A stretch of DNA of 64,000 bases, taken from the NCBI GenBank assembly GCA_038087875.1, contig CM075991.1:3286001-3350000 (forward strand). The letters are read 5' to 3'. Under the pieces are notes generated by a model that had not been told where the DNA came from, made no database searches, and saw only the letters and a program-made list of their open reading frames with translations. Each line of letters starts with the position of its first letter. The stretch's first letter is position 1. The stretch is from Malacoraja senta. Taxonomy: Eukaryota. Positions 12,800 through 25,838 of this stretch are shown piece after piece. The translations under genes and the position numbers were made by a program.

Positions 12800-13965
12800 G
12801 ACCGAAAATGTAAATGTCGATGGGTTTGTGTGTAAATTGGTGGACGACACCAAAATTTGACATTTCATATAGTGAGGAATTCTGTAAGAAGATCCTGTGG
12901 AATCCAGATCAGCTGCAGAAATGGGTTGAGAAATGGCAAGTGGATTTTAACCTGAGCAAGTAGGAGATTGAATGCAATGAGAGATTATACAGTTAATGGC
13001 AAGATCCTTAGCAGCATTGATATACAGAGGGATCTGGGAGTCCAAGTTCATAGTTCACAGAAGGTGGCAGCACGAGTAGATAAAGAAGGTGGTAAAGAAG
13101 GAGTATGGTATGCTTGCCTTCACTGCTAGTGGCATTGAATACAAGAGTCAGGAAGTCATGATGCACTAGCTTAGGGCATTGGTTTGGCCACATTTGGAGT
13201 ATTGTGTGCAGGTATGGTTGCCCCATTACAGGAAATATGTGGAGGTTTTGGAGATGATGAACAGCAGTTTTACCAGAATGGTGTCTAAATTAGTTTAGTT
13301 TAGTTTATTGTTGTCACATGTGCTGAGGAACAGTGAAAAACCTTTTGTTGTATGCTATCCAGTCAATGAAAAGACTATACATAATTACAATCAAGCCGTC
13401 CACAGTGTACAAATACAGGATAAAGGGGATAGCATTTATTGCAAGATAAAGACTGATAGAATCCATTAAATATAGTTCTCTAAAGGTCTCCAATGGGATG
13501 AGAGGTCAGGACCACTCTAGCTGGTGTGAGGAACAGTTAAATTGCCAGTTGTCAGGGTTTCAGCTGCAGAGAGAGGATGGATAGATTTGGATTGTTCTCT
13601 CTGGAACATCGGAGGTTGAGGGGAGACTTAAAAGAAGTATATAAAATTAGCAGAGGTTTTGATAGGGTAAATTCAGAAATGTTTGTCCAGGGGTGGAAAT
13701 GTCCAACACTAGAGGGCAGGGCATTTTTTTTTCTTTACACAGAGAGTGGTGGGGTCTGGAACACATTGGAACATCAGGGGCGGTGGTGGAGGTGGATAAG
13801 ATAGTGTTTAAGAGGCTTTTAGATTGTAAAATGGAAGTGCAGGGAAAAGAGGAATGTGGATCATATACAGGCAGATGAGATCAGTTTAACGAGGCATCGT
13901 GTTCGGTGCAAACAATGCGAGTTGAAGGGCTCGTTCATGTGCTGTGCTGTTCTATATTCTATGTT
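12800..13965 (+). mobile_element. Old CR1 3' fragment carrying an antisense LINE tail (about 13290-13550)
   Basis: CR1 RT/C-terminal motifs are interrupted by a (tttag)n-tailed insertion. The same composite recurs at 28070-28935. Confidence 0.8.
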
Positions 13966-14345
13966 CCTCAAATTTTCCAACATGCCTGGATTTATCTAGC
14001 TCTTTGTGACATTTAGAGCCCAGGAAAAATTAAAGATCTGCAACTCATCTTTTAATTTGGGTCATTATATGATTTTGATTCCACATTGAATTCAAAACGA
14101 TTTTTCAGAGAATAGCTGATTGCATTAATCCTAAATGTTGCCTGATCTGCCTTTCTCTCCACATTCCTTAACTTTGATTCTCTCATCCCTTCTCCTTTAC
14201 CTGTTCCTTTACCTCACCACTTATCTCGAGCCTTTCACTTCGATCACACTTATTGGTGCAGACAGAAAGTGACTGGGCAAAAGCAACATTGTTCCAAGTC
14301 TACAAACATTGCCTGGCCTGCTGAGTGTTTCCAGCATTTCAATTC

Positions 14346-14652
14346 TGTGGGAATTGAACTATTCCAGAAGTGTTCCATCAGTGCTAGGCTGCGCATGTCT
14401 AATCACTCTGACCTTACACATCTTGCTCTTCAGTGATAAGGCTGTGTTTCTATGGGTAAGAGCAGTACAGTTAACCATGTAAACAACTTTACGTGACCCA
14501 CTCCACATCTTTCCCTGTCACAAATGATATAAAAAGGCTGCATGATTTCTGTCTGTAGAAAAGTCTCTTGTTTGACTGTACTCCTGGTCTGACAAGTTAT
14601 TGAGAATAAAGAAGTTAACTGTTATTCACATCTCATGTAAATTATTCCAACA
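14346..14652 (+). mobile_element. Probable solo LTR
   Basis: Termini tgtgggaat...attccaaca form an 8/9 inverted match, with tataaaa near 14528 and aataaa near 14606. The TSD is not conserved. Confidence 0.5.
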
Positions 14653-14879
14653 GTACTTCACATTGTTCTCATTTATACTGAAATAATTTTCAATTAATTT
14701 CTACCATCTCTCCTTTTCATTTATTTTAAACCAATTATTTATTGACAACCTGGTACATGTTATCCATTCCTAATTTCCTTTGAGAGTTGGATGGTCAGCC
14801 ATCTTCCAGTGAAGTTATCCCGACACTGTTGCTGGATGGGAACTTCAGGTCTTTCACTCAAGGCAAGGGAGAAAAATTA

Positions 14880-15135
14880 ACTAATCAAGAATCTATCTAT
14901 CCTTGCCTTAAAACTATCCATTGACTGCCTGCACAGCCTTTTGTGGCAAAGAATTCCACAGATTCACCACCCCCTGACTTTTTCTCATCTGAAGAAATGT
15001 TTCTCATCTCCTTCCTAAAGGAACATCCTTTAATTCTGAGGCTATGACCTCTAGTCCTAGATCTCAGATTAGTGGAAACATCCTCTCCACATCCACTCTA
15101 TCCAAGCCTTTCACTGTTTGGTACGTTTATATGAT
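14880..15135 (-). mobile_element. CR1 3' fragment
   Basis: Reverse complement of the CR1 C-terminal coding region (gaattccacagattcacc, tatgacctctagtcctag). Confidence 0.75.
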
Positions 15136-16164
15136 CGCACTGTGGCTTCGGGTCTGTCATGGTAGCTCAGTCTTCCTTGTACCTGCAACAGCAGAACACA
15201 GCTAGGAGGGAGGTAGCCCACTTTGTCTCCCTTCCTCTCTCTCTTTCTTCCTTCCTTCTTCCACTTTCTCTCCTGCTTCTTCTCTTCTCCTTCTCCCTGT
15301 CACTCACTCCGGCTCAAGTTCCTGGGTTTTATAGCGAGTGGCTGACGTGGTTCAAGTGGATAATCAAGAGCAATAATGCTGGGAATTGGCCTCTCCTGAC
15401 CTATCAGCCAGTTAAAAGAATCAGAGCAACTCCCCAAAGGGAGAAGGTGCTGTCACAGACACCTCCCCCTCACTTTCAATGATCCCGGGACTTGAGATAG
15501 TTCTTCCTTTGTTAGTTTCTCACCATTTTCAGTTCACACTTTCAGCAACAATTATCCAGTTAGTTAAATAAATAAATATCTCTAAAACATAAAACCTTAC
15601 CTGGAGACCTCTGAAGATGCGCAGTTCTACAGTGGACGCATCGTGGCAATACGCTTGCTCAGCAGCAGAGACTGCAGCATCATTCAGTCTCAAGGTGATT
15701 TAAAACATCTAGAAACTCATAGGTATTACTTTGTACTTTATTTGTCTAAAGTACCGAGGTACGGTGAAATTCATTTTTGTATACAGTACAGTGCAAGTAT
15801 CATGAAACACACGCACTTAGATACATCTTTGCACTTAGATGTATCTCAGATACAGTACGTTAATAGCATGAGTACGCTGAGACAGTATACAGAGTCGCCA
15901 GTTTTTGAACCCTTTTCAAGTCCCAGTTTGCAAGCTGCAGGCCACGTCCGGTCCATGTGCTCGGCATCTTGGGGCAGCGTCTGATCCAGCGAGCCCCAGG
16001 CTGCTGCATGGCCCTGGTGGCCCACTCCACTGTCGAGGCACTGCACTGCCTCCCACCACCAATCTGCTTACAGGTCCTCCTTCCACTCTGGGCAGGGAGC
16101 TGGGTCATCCTGGCGGGGTCTACAGCGCGGGTCCTTGGCTCACGGCGGGCATGCCGATCCAAGT

Positions 16165-18960
16165 CTGGATTTAAACATGCAGGTCGACTGGAAAAAACAG
16201 GTTGCTGCTGGTCCCAAGAGAGTGAATTTGTAGAGTGCCTCAGAAATGAGTTTTTAGAGCAGCTTGTAGTTGAGCCTACCAGGGAAAAGGCAATTCTGGA
16301 TTTGGTATTGTGTAATGAACTGGATTTGATTAGGCAGCTTAAGTTGCTGGAACCACTATGAGCTAGTGACCAAATTTAACCTTCAATTTGAGAGGGAGAA
16401 GAAGAAATTGGATGTCTCGGTAATACTATTGAGCAATGGTGACTACAGAAGCATGTGGCAGGAGCTGGCTAAAGTTGATTGGAAAGGGACCCGAGCTGGA
16501 ATGACGATGGAACAAGGTTAACTATTGTGATCCAGCATTCAGTAACTTTCCACTGAGAAACAGGCTTGTTTAAGTATGTGGAAGATGAGGCAGTCTCGGT
16601 GTAGCCTTGAGTTCATAAGCACCTCTTTGTATTAAGCGAACCTTTGTCTCTATGGACCACCTGCACCAGGCCTGTTTAGCTATTCACTGGATTAAAGTTC
16701 GATTCCCACAGAGTGAAGTGCTGCCCATGTTGAAAGACAAAATGGAAGAGCAGCTCAGTTCTTCCCACAATTCCCACAATCCCGCCTTTTGTCCCAACAG
16801 GACTTAGTATGGCTGTATGGTAACGCAAATTTCACTGTACTTTAATTGGTACATGTCAAGAGATTCAAGATTCAAGATCCAAGAGAGTTTATTGTCATGT
16901 GTCCCTGATAGGACAATGAAATTCTTGCTTTACATGTGACAATAAACTGAACTTGACCTTGAAACCTTGAATAAAAATGTTAGTCCGTATTATCAGTATC
17001 ATCATACTGGAGGATATTTATGAGTTGCATGATAGCGTGATCAAGATCATATTGAAGCATAATGTGTTGTGGTTCAGCACTGAGACGGGAGTGCGGTTTT
17101 GATGAGCAGAGAGCTCGAATGAGGCAGAGTGATAGCTGGAACAGTACATATATGGTGACAACAGCGGCTGAAATATTAATAGCATATTTTAAAATGGTCT
17201 TAAAGAGCCCTCCAGCCCAGTTACCTAGGTCAGGGAGCCATCCCCACCAGTCAAAATGTTTAATTTCTGAAATCTTGTGCAAGGTGTGGATATGGTCTTG
17301 AATAATCCTTTCATCAGTTTCAATTTGTTTGTCTTGGTTAGAGAAGAAACAACAGGATTCGTTGAGCGTTGCACACCCTCCCCCCTGGGCCAATAGGAGA
17401 AAGTCCAGAGCCATCCAATTTTGAATAACATCTTGGACAGAGACTGGACTTCGGAGTGAAGAGCCAAAATCGCATCTACCGTCCTGTTCTCTATTTGTTC
17501 CATGATTGCTTTCTCCAGCTCGTTTACTCCCAGGCCAGGTATCAGGGTGCGGAGGAATCTATGGAACCCTGTATTGCAGACAACAAGTGGATTTTCAACT
17601 TCTCTCCAGCATCTAACCTTCCCTGAGGATGGCTGACTATGATTCCTGTTTAAGTGAGTCTGGAGGGTTTTAATTCCCCAAACATTAGGGGCTAGGTATC
17701 CTATGGGAGAGGTCCCAATCCAATTCGGAAATAGGGATTTGTCGCCACATATCCAGAATACCACATGCTGAACAATGGAAGGGTACCATTCAGTTTGGTT
17801 GCTGCAAATTAATTTCCAGAGATTGGAAAGGGACCCGAGCTGGAATGACAATGGAACAGCAATGGCAGGAATTTCAGGGAATAATTCAGAAGATGTAGGA
17901 TCTTTTCATTTCAAAGAGGAAGAAAGATTCTAAGAGGAAAATGAGATGGCCGTGGTGACAAGGGAAGTCAGAAACAGTAAAAAATACTAAAAGAAAAGGG
18001 AAAAAACATTGAAAAGATTAGTAGAAAGTTAGAGGATTAGGAAGCTTTTAAAAAACAACAGAAGGTAACTAAAAAGGCAATATGGGGCGAAAAGATTAAA
18101 TATGAATGCAAGCTAGCCAGTAATATAAAATAGGATAGCAGAAGTATCTTCAGATACATAACGTGTAAGAAAGAGACAAGAGTGGACATTGGACCGCTGG
18201 AAAATTATGCTGGAGAAGTGATAATGGGGAATAAAGAAATGGTAGATGAATTGAATACGTTTTTTGCATCATTCTTCACAGTGGAAGGCACCAGCAATGT
18301 GCCTGAATTACAAGAGAGTTAGGAGGTAAAAGTTAGCGTCGTGGCTATTACCAAGGAGAAGGTGCTTGGGAAGCTGAAAGGTCTAAAGGTGGATAAGTCA
18401 CCTGGACCGGATGGACTGCACCCCAGGGTTCTGATAGAGGTGTCTTTAGAGATTTGAGGCATTGGTAGTGATATTTCAAGAATCACTAAAATCAGGAATG
18501 CTTCCAGTCAATTGGAAAATTGCAAATATTACTCCGCTATTCAATTCTGGAGCCAAAAAACACTTGGCCGGTTATCCTGACTTCAGTGGTTGGTAAGATT
18601 AGCGAGTCCAAAGGATGAGGATTCTGAGTACAGTACTTAAAAACACATGATAAAATAAGCCAAAGTTAGCATGGTTTTGTGAAAAGGAGATCTAGCCTGA
18701 TGAGCCTGTTGGAATTCTTTGAGGGATTAAATAGTAGGATAGACAAAGGAAAGTCAGTGGATGTTGTTTACTTGGATTTTGAGAAGGCCTTTGATAAAGT
18801 GCCATGCGTGAAGCTGCGAAAGGTGATGAGAGCCCATGGTATCAGGGATTGGGGGAAGATACTAGCATGGATAGCAGGTTGGCTGGAGGACAGAAGGCAA
18901 AGAATGGCAATATAGGTGGCTTTTTCTGGTTGGCTGCCAGTGACTAGCGGTGTTGCGCCT
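16165..18960 (+). mobile_element. Old CR1 ORF2 (endonuclease end to RT) interrupted by a retroviral env fragment
   Basis: EQLVVEPTREKAILDLVLCNE, KSPGPDGLHPRVL and VDVVYLDFEKAFDKVP motifs. The CR1 sequence resumes at 17821. Confidence 0.85.
16515..17820 (-). mobile_element. env: Endogenous retrovirus fragment: gamma-type env (partial SU plus TM), PPT and partial 3' LTR
   Basis: Fusion-peptide region FLRTLIPGLGVNELEKAI, heptad repeat, immunosuppressive domain (QNR)MALDFLLLAQGGGC, CX6CC motif CATLNESCC, hydrophobic anchor and stop at 16980. A frameshift lies near 17420. A purine tract at 16795-16780 is followed by TGTGGG. Confidence 0.85.
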
Positions 18961-19092
18961 ACTAGGTGGAGAGTAGGCCTAATTCTGCTCTTATAACTTA
19001 TGAACATCAGCAAAAAATAGTGACGATAAAAAGTACAGTGAACATTAAAAATTATACAGAAACTTCATCCCCCGACCTGGACATAGGGCAGT

Positions 19093-19320
19093 GCTCTCTC
19101 TCTCTCTCTCCCCCCTCTCCCCCTCTCTCCCCCTCTCTCCCTCTCCCCCTCCCTCTCCCCCCCCTCTCCCCCCTCTCTCCCTCTCTCTCCCTCTCTCCCT
19201 CTCTCCCTCTCTCCCTCTCTCCCTCTCTCCCTCTCTCCCTCTCTCCCTCTCTCTCCGCATCTCTCTCTCTCCCTCTCTCTCCGCATCTCTCCCTCTCTCT
19301 CACTATATATCTCTCTCTCT
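19093..19320. repeat. (CT)/(CTCTCC)n microsatellite
   Basis: Low-complexity pyrimidine repeat, directly visible. Confidence 0.97.
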
Positions 19321-19847
19321 GCGTATTGTCAGCCATGGTTTGTACTGGAATGAGGGGAGCCCTGGGTCTATAGACATGGGTTCATCCTCAAGTTCTGGTT
19401 GTCCGGGGTGCTTATGCCATTCCTTCCTGCCTGTTGGCTGAGCCATTCGGGGCTTCACCTCCCTCTAATGTTGAGAGCGGTTTTTACTCATGCAGGGACC
19501 CCAAGCAATGGCTTGAACAGCTTGGGCTCATTTAAAATGTGTAAAAAAAAAGCTTAGATATGCTTGCACATGCACCACAAGGCAAGGTGCCTTCACTTTT
19601 GTTAAATTTCAAAATAGACTTTATTCAAGTAATAAATATATACAATACGTGAACCGTGCGAAACATTCATCCGACATTTTCGGAGGCTATACAAATTGTT
19701 CAATGCAGTTAATACATTTTTTTCCAATTCCACAGATCCGTCCCCCACCCATGTCACTCATGTGGCCCCCAGGCGTGGGATACCTTCCCTTATTTTGAGG
19801 GGCGTCTCCACCATACCGTGCCCCCCATGGCCAGCAGCGGAAGGACC

Positions 19848-22800
19848 CTAGACTGTGGCCCTCCCCCACCGAGCCTTGGCGTTGGCTGCACCAAGCTTCA
19901 GTGCGTCCCTCAGCACGTACTCCTGCAGTCTGCAGCGGGCCAGTCGGCAACATTCCCTGACGGACATCTTGCTCTGCTGGGTGGTGAACAACGCTCGGGC
20001 AGACCAAAGAGCGTCTTTCACCGAGTTGATGACCCTCCAGCAGCTCTCGATGTCAGTCTCTGAATGTGTCCCTGGGAACAGTCCGTAAATCACAGAGTCC
20101 TCTGTGACGGAGCTGTTTGGGATAAAGCGTTCCAGGGACCCTTGCATACTTCTCCAGACTCTTTTTGCAAATCCACACTCTGCAAAGAGGTGGGCAACCG
20201 CCTCCTCTCCATAGCAGCCGTCCCGAGGGCAGCGTGCGCTGGTAGTGAGGTTCCGACGGTGCAGGAAGGATCTGACTGGGAGGGCTCCCCTCACCGCCTG
20301 CCAAGCCAGGTCTTGGTGCTTGTTGGTGAGTTCTGGTGATGAGGCATTTTGCCAGACAAGCTGGGCAGTCTGCTCTGGGAACCACGTCACCGGATCCATC
20401 GAGTCCTTTCCCTGCAGTGCCTGCAGGACATTCCGTGCTGACCACTGCCCAATGGACATGTGGTCAAAGGTGTTGGTCCGGAAGAACCTTTCCACAGACG
20501 ACAGATGGGGCGGCAATGTCCAGCTGACTGGCACATTGCGTGGCATCTGCGCCAGGCCCATCCTTCGCAACACCGGGGACAGGTAGAACCTCAGCAGGTA
20601 GTGACACTTGGTGCCCATGTGCCTTGGCTCTACACTCCGCCTGATGCAGCCACACACAAAGGTGGCCATCAGGGTGAGGGCGACGTTGGGCACGCTTTTA
20701 CCCCCGTTGTCTGCTGACTTGTACATTGTGCCCGTCGCACCCGGTCTATCCTCGACCCCCAGATTAACTGGAAGACGGCCCGGGTGATCCCTGTGGCGTA
20801 GGAGGGAGGGACAGGCCACACTTGCGCCAAGTACAGCAGCCCCGAGAGCACCTCACACCTGATGACCAAATTTTTTCCGGTTATGGAGAGGGAGCGTTGC
20901 TTCCACAGCTCCAGCTTCCTCCCCACCTTGACTATCCGCTCCAGCCAATTCTTGTTACACGCCTCAGCCCCCCCGAACCAGATCCCCAGCACCTTCAAGA
21001 AGTCAGGTTTGATGGTGAAGGGGACAGAAGTTCGGTCGGGCCAGTTGCCAAAGAGCATGGCCTCGCTCTTCCTACGGTTCACCCTGGCTCCCGTGGCTGA
21101 CTCAAACTGGTCACAGATACTGATCAATCTGCGGACCGACCCTGGATCCGAGCAGAAGACAGCGACATCGTCCATGTACAGGGAGGTTTTGACTTGAATG
21201 CCCCCACTGCCTGGTAATGTCACTCCTCTTATGCTCGCATCCTTCCTGATGGACTCGGCAAAAGGTTCAATACAGCAGACAAACAAGACAGGAGAGAGAG
21301 GGCACCCCTGCCTGACTCCAGACCTTACAGGGAAACTGTCTGATTCCCACCCATTGATTTGGACTGCACTACGGATATTGGTGTAGAGCAGTTTGATCCA
21401 ATTTCGGATTCCCTCCCCAAAACCCATTTTGGAGAGCACGTCCCTCATGTACGTGTGCGATACCCTGTCGAAGGCCTTCTCCTGGTCCAAGCTGACTAGG
21501 CAGGCATCCACCCGTCTGTCCTGCACATAGGCGATGGTGTCTCTCAGCAGCACTAGGCTGTTTGAGGTTTTCCTGCCAGGTACAGCACAGGTTTGGTCCG
21601 GGTGGATCACCTGTCCCAGAGCAGACTTGACCCGGTTGGCGATGGCCTTACAAGTTGACAGGATCTTATAATCTACATTCAGCAGTGTTATGGGTCTCCA
21701 ATTCTTTATGTCCTTCATCTCCCCCTTCTGCTTGTAGATTAGGGTGATGCTGCCCTTCCTCATGGAGTCTGCCATGCTGCCGGCTAGAAGCATGTTGTTG
21801 TACACTTCCAGCAGGTCCGGGCCCACCCAGTCCCACAGAGCCAAATACAACTCGGCCGGTAAGCCATCGCTTCCGGGAATTTTACTCGAGTCAAAGGAAC
21901 GGATGGAGCCAGTCAGCTCCTCTAGGGTCAGTGGTTGGTCCAGACTCTCCCGCTTGCTGTCATCCAAGACCTCCGTGATGGAGGACAGGAAGTTCTGGGA
22001 GGCGGTGCTGTCTGTGGCCTTCCTGTCATACAAATCCGTGTAAAAGGATTTGCAGATCCTCAGCATGTCCGGCTGCATTAGTAAATTAATAAACCCAGAT
22101 CAGACAGGGTTTATCCCTAAGAGATACTCTTCTAATAATATGAGACGTCTACTCAACATAATGCACTCACACAAATCTGAAGATCAAGAATTATCAATTA
22201 TTTCGCTGGATGCTGAAAAAGCATTTGATCAAGTAGAATGGAATTATATGGATAAAGTATTACAAAAATTTCAACTGGGAGAGAATTTTATTTTATGGAT
22301 TAAGTTACTATATAACAAACCTACAGCTAGAATACTTACTAATAACATATTATCCTCGAAATTTCAACTATCAAGGGGAAATAGACAAGGATGCTCATTA
22401 TCACCACAGCTGTTTGCTCTCATTATTGAACCGCTAGCAGAAAAAATTAGAATACACCCTGATATTCATGGATATAATACTAAAGACTCATATAATAAAA
22501 TATCTTTATACGCGGATGATATATTATTGTATATTACAAAACCTCAAATCACTATACCAAATATATTAAATTTAATTGAAGACTTCGGATCTTTTTCTGG
22601 ATATAGAATAAATTGGAATAAAAGTGAAATTATGTCAATAAAACCGAAAGATTCAACACATCTTTTAAAATTCCCTTTTAAAATAGCTACAGAAAAATTT
22701 AAATATTTGGGAATCGAAATTACCAGAGCATATCAAGGTATGCTCAGGGCAAATTTTGACCCCCTACTTAATAAACTGAATACATTAATTAAATTCTGGA

Positions 22801-25800
22801 AAACGCTTCCGATGTCTTTAATAGGCCGAATAAACGCAATAAAAATGATCTTTTTACCACAAATTTTATACCTATTTCAATCAATTCCTATATACTTACC
22901 TAAGAAGTTTTTTAAAAAACTCGACTCAGATATCACTAATTTTATATGGGACTATAAATCACATAGAATACAAAAAACCCATCTGAATAAATCTAAAGTA
23001 TTGGGGGGTCTAGCACTACCCAATTTTATGTATTATTATTGGTCAGTAAATATTAAAAACATGATTCAACTGATGGAAAACTCCGCCCAGCAAGTAGACT
23101 GGATTGTAATGGAGAAAGAGGATTGCTCCTCTAGAAACATTGGAGCGATCCTCCTCTCTCCAATGAAATTGAATAACATAAACTATAATAAGAACCCAAT
23201 TATTCATAGTACAATCCGTATTTGGAAACAAATAAAACAAAATTTAAAATTAAGAAACTTATCACTTTTATTACCTATAGTCAATAACCCTTCGTTTAGT
23301 CCTTCTATTATAGATAAAGCTTATACACAATGGGATAGACTAGGAATTAAAACGCTTGGTGACTTGTATGAAACTGGAAAATTACTTTCATTTCAACAAT
23401 TACAAATAAAATATAAACTCGGAAATAATCAATATTTTAAATACTTTCAAATAAGCGACTATTTGAAAAAATATATAAAAGATCATCATAATAACCCAGC
23501 AGATGTACTGGACGAGGCAATGCAGACAAAAGCGGAATCAGCAAACTTAATATCATATTTGTACAATATTATCTTAAATGTACAAATACCATCTACGGAG
23601 GGTATCAGAAGAGACTGGGAACAAGAGTTAGCTATTAAAATTTCAAAGGAAAGTTGGAATGAATACTTATTAAAAGTACATAAATGCTCGATTAATGTAA
23701 GACACACTTTAATACAATTTAAAATTTTACATAGATTATATTATTCGAAAACTAAAATTCATAAAATTTTCCCAAACGTATCATCTATTTGTGATAAATG
23801 TCAATCCCAAGAAGCAACTATAGCGCACTCATTTGTCTTCTGTATAAAAATTCAAAAATTTTGGAATGAAATTTTTGAAATCTTTACAAAGTTATTTAAA
23901 ACAAGACTGATACCCAAAGCAGAATGGATTATCTTCGGAATAACGGAAGATGATCCAGAACTAAATGTGTTTCAAAAGAAATTAATGGATTATGGGTTAA
24001 TAACTGGAAAAAAGCTAATTCTAAAATTTTGGAAGAAGGCTCCAATACCAACTATAAATATGTGGATTTCAAATATGTTTGAAACACTACACCTTGAAGA
24101 GATAAGACTCCTCCTAGCAGGTAAACCAGATCACTTCCACCTGACGTGGTCTGCATTTATAGAATTATTACAAACATAGGGTGCAAAAGTACTTTAAAAA
24201 AATAAAAAATTGAGGTCGGGTAAGGGGGGATGATAGTTGAAGAGTTGGTATGTCCTATTTACGTGATGCTCAAAAAAAAACATTTGTTTTTCTTTTTTTT
24301 TCTCTCTCTCTTTTCTTTTCTTAGGGCCTATTTCTTAACTCTTTTTTTTTTTTTGTTTTTAATTTCGCTTTCATAGGGTCCTCGTCCTTTTTTTTTTTGT
24401 TGTTACATTTTCTACACTTTTCTACACTTGCACTTTTTCCTTCACTTTCTTCTCTCTTTCAATCTTTTCTTTCTTTAGCGTAAAAAAAAAAAATAAAGGG
24501 AGTACATTAATTGTAAGAAGATATAAATGACGAGTATTAATGTATGTGGCTGTGATGTAATGTACTTCTAATAAATAAAAATTAAAAAAAAAGAAAAAAT
24601 TAAAAAAAAAAAAAAGAAAAAAAAAAAAAGCATGTCCGGCTGCGAGGATGTTACTGAGCCGTCCTCTTCCCTAAGGCTGTTCATCACAGAGCTCCCCCTG
24701 TGAACCTTATGGAAGAAGTAACGTGAGCACGTCTCATCCTGCTCCACATGGCGGACCCTGGATCGGAAGATGATCTTGGAGGATTCAGAAGTAAAGAGCC
24801 GAGCTTGCCGGTCCTTCACCTCTCTAAGTTCCTCCCTCACATCCACCCCTCTCGACTGCAGAAGGAGCAGTTGCTGCAAATCTGTCTGGAGTTGGCACAA
24901 TTCCCTCTGACTCTGTCTTGCTCTCTGAACCCCTTTAACTATGAAGAACCTCTTAATGTTCTCCTTGGTTGCTTCCCACCAGAGTGTCGGGGAGTCAAAG
25001 AGGGGCCTCACCGTTCTCCAACATGCATAGTCCCTCTTTAGCTCCTCAACGTTCTCTGGGGTCAAAAGCTTCATATTTAACTTCCACGACCCCCTGCCTG
25101 CTTTCTGGTCCTCCTGTAGGTGACAGGAAGACTGAAGGAGGCAGTGGTCAGAGAAGAACACCGGCGTGAGGTCTGTGTGTCTCACTGTGACGGCCTTCGT
25201 CGTGAAGACAAAGTCTATCCGCGATCGGGCTAAACCGTCCGATCTCGACCAGGTGAACTGCTGCTGGGACCCGCCTGCAGGGTTGCTGAAGGCATCGTGC
25301 AGCTTTGCATCTTTTACCGTCTCCATCAGGAACTTGGACATGCTGTCCAGTCTGTTGTCGACACTGCCGGATCGTCCAGCCGCATCAAAGATGCAGTTGA
25401 AGTCACCGGCCAGAACGAGCTGCCGGGACGTGGCCAGCAGCACTGGGAGCTGCTGGAGAACGGCCAGCCACTCGCTCTGCACGGGTGAGGCATACACATT
25501 AATCAGCCGGAGCGGAGAACCATGGTACATAACATCCACCACGAGGAGACGCCCCCCAACCTCCTCTCTGACCTCAGTGATGGCGAAGTTCCCTCCCCGC
25601 AGCAAGATCCCCAGGCCGGAAGCGCGACAGTCATTGCCCCCCAACCACACCGACAGTCCGTGGGGCCACCATCGCGACCACCTCCGATAGCAGCGGAGGT
25701 GAGGCAGCCCGCTCTCCTGCAGAAAAGTCACATCTGCCTTGACCTTGGCCAGGTACTGCAAGGTATTAACACATCGCGCAGTGCTCTTTATACTGCGCAC

Positions 25801-25827
25801 GTTTAAAGATGCCAGTTTTAGCTCCAT
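19848..25827 (-). pseudogene. Tx1 ORF2 (EN-RT-zinc finger), split by the L1 insertion and a frameshift near 20730
   Basis: ORFs 24568-25842, 20669-22078 and 19848-20819 join across the duplicated target site (SSQPDML|RICK). The probable ATG is at 25827. Confidence 0.88.
22077..24628 (+). mobile_element. Young 5'-truncated L1 with open ORF2 3' part, 3' UTR and poly(A)
   Basis: About 700 uninterrupted codons (LYADD, CDKC..HSFVFC), aataaa and a long A tail. A 15-bp TSD agcatgtccggctgc lies at 22062-22076 and 24629-24643. Confidence 0.95.
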
Positions 25828-25838
25828 TGTCTTTAGAG

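Noticed and set aside
18966..19441. Pro/Leu/Ser-rich and Arg/Glu/Gly-rich ORFs
   Set aside because: These are translations of the CT microsatellite.
22050..24179. 709-aa ORF as a host gene
   Set aside because: It is 5'-truncated L1 ORF2. The start codon comes from antisense Tx1 sequence outside the TSD.
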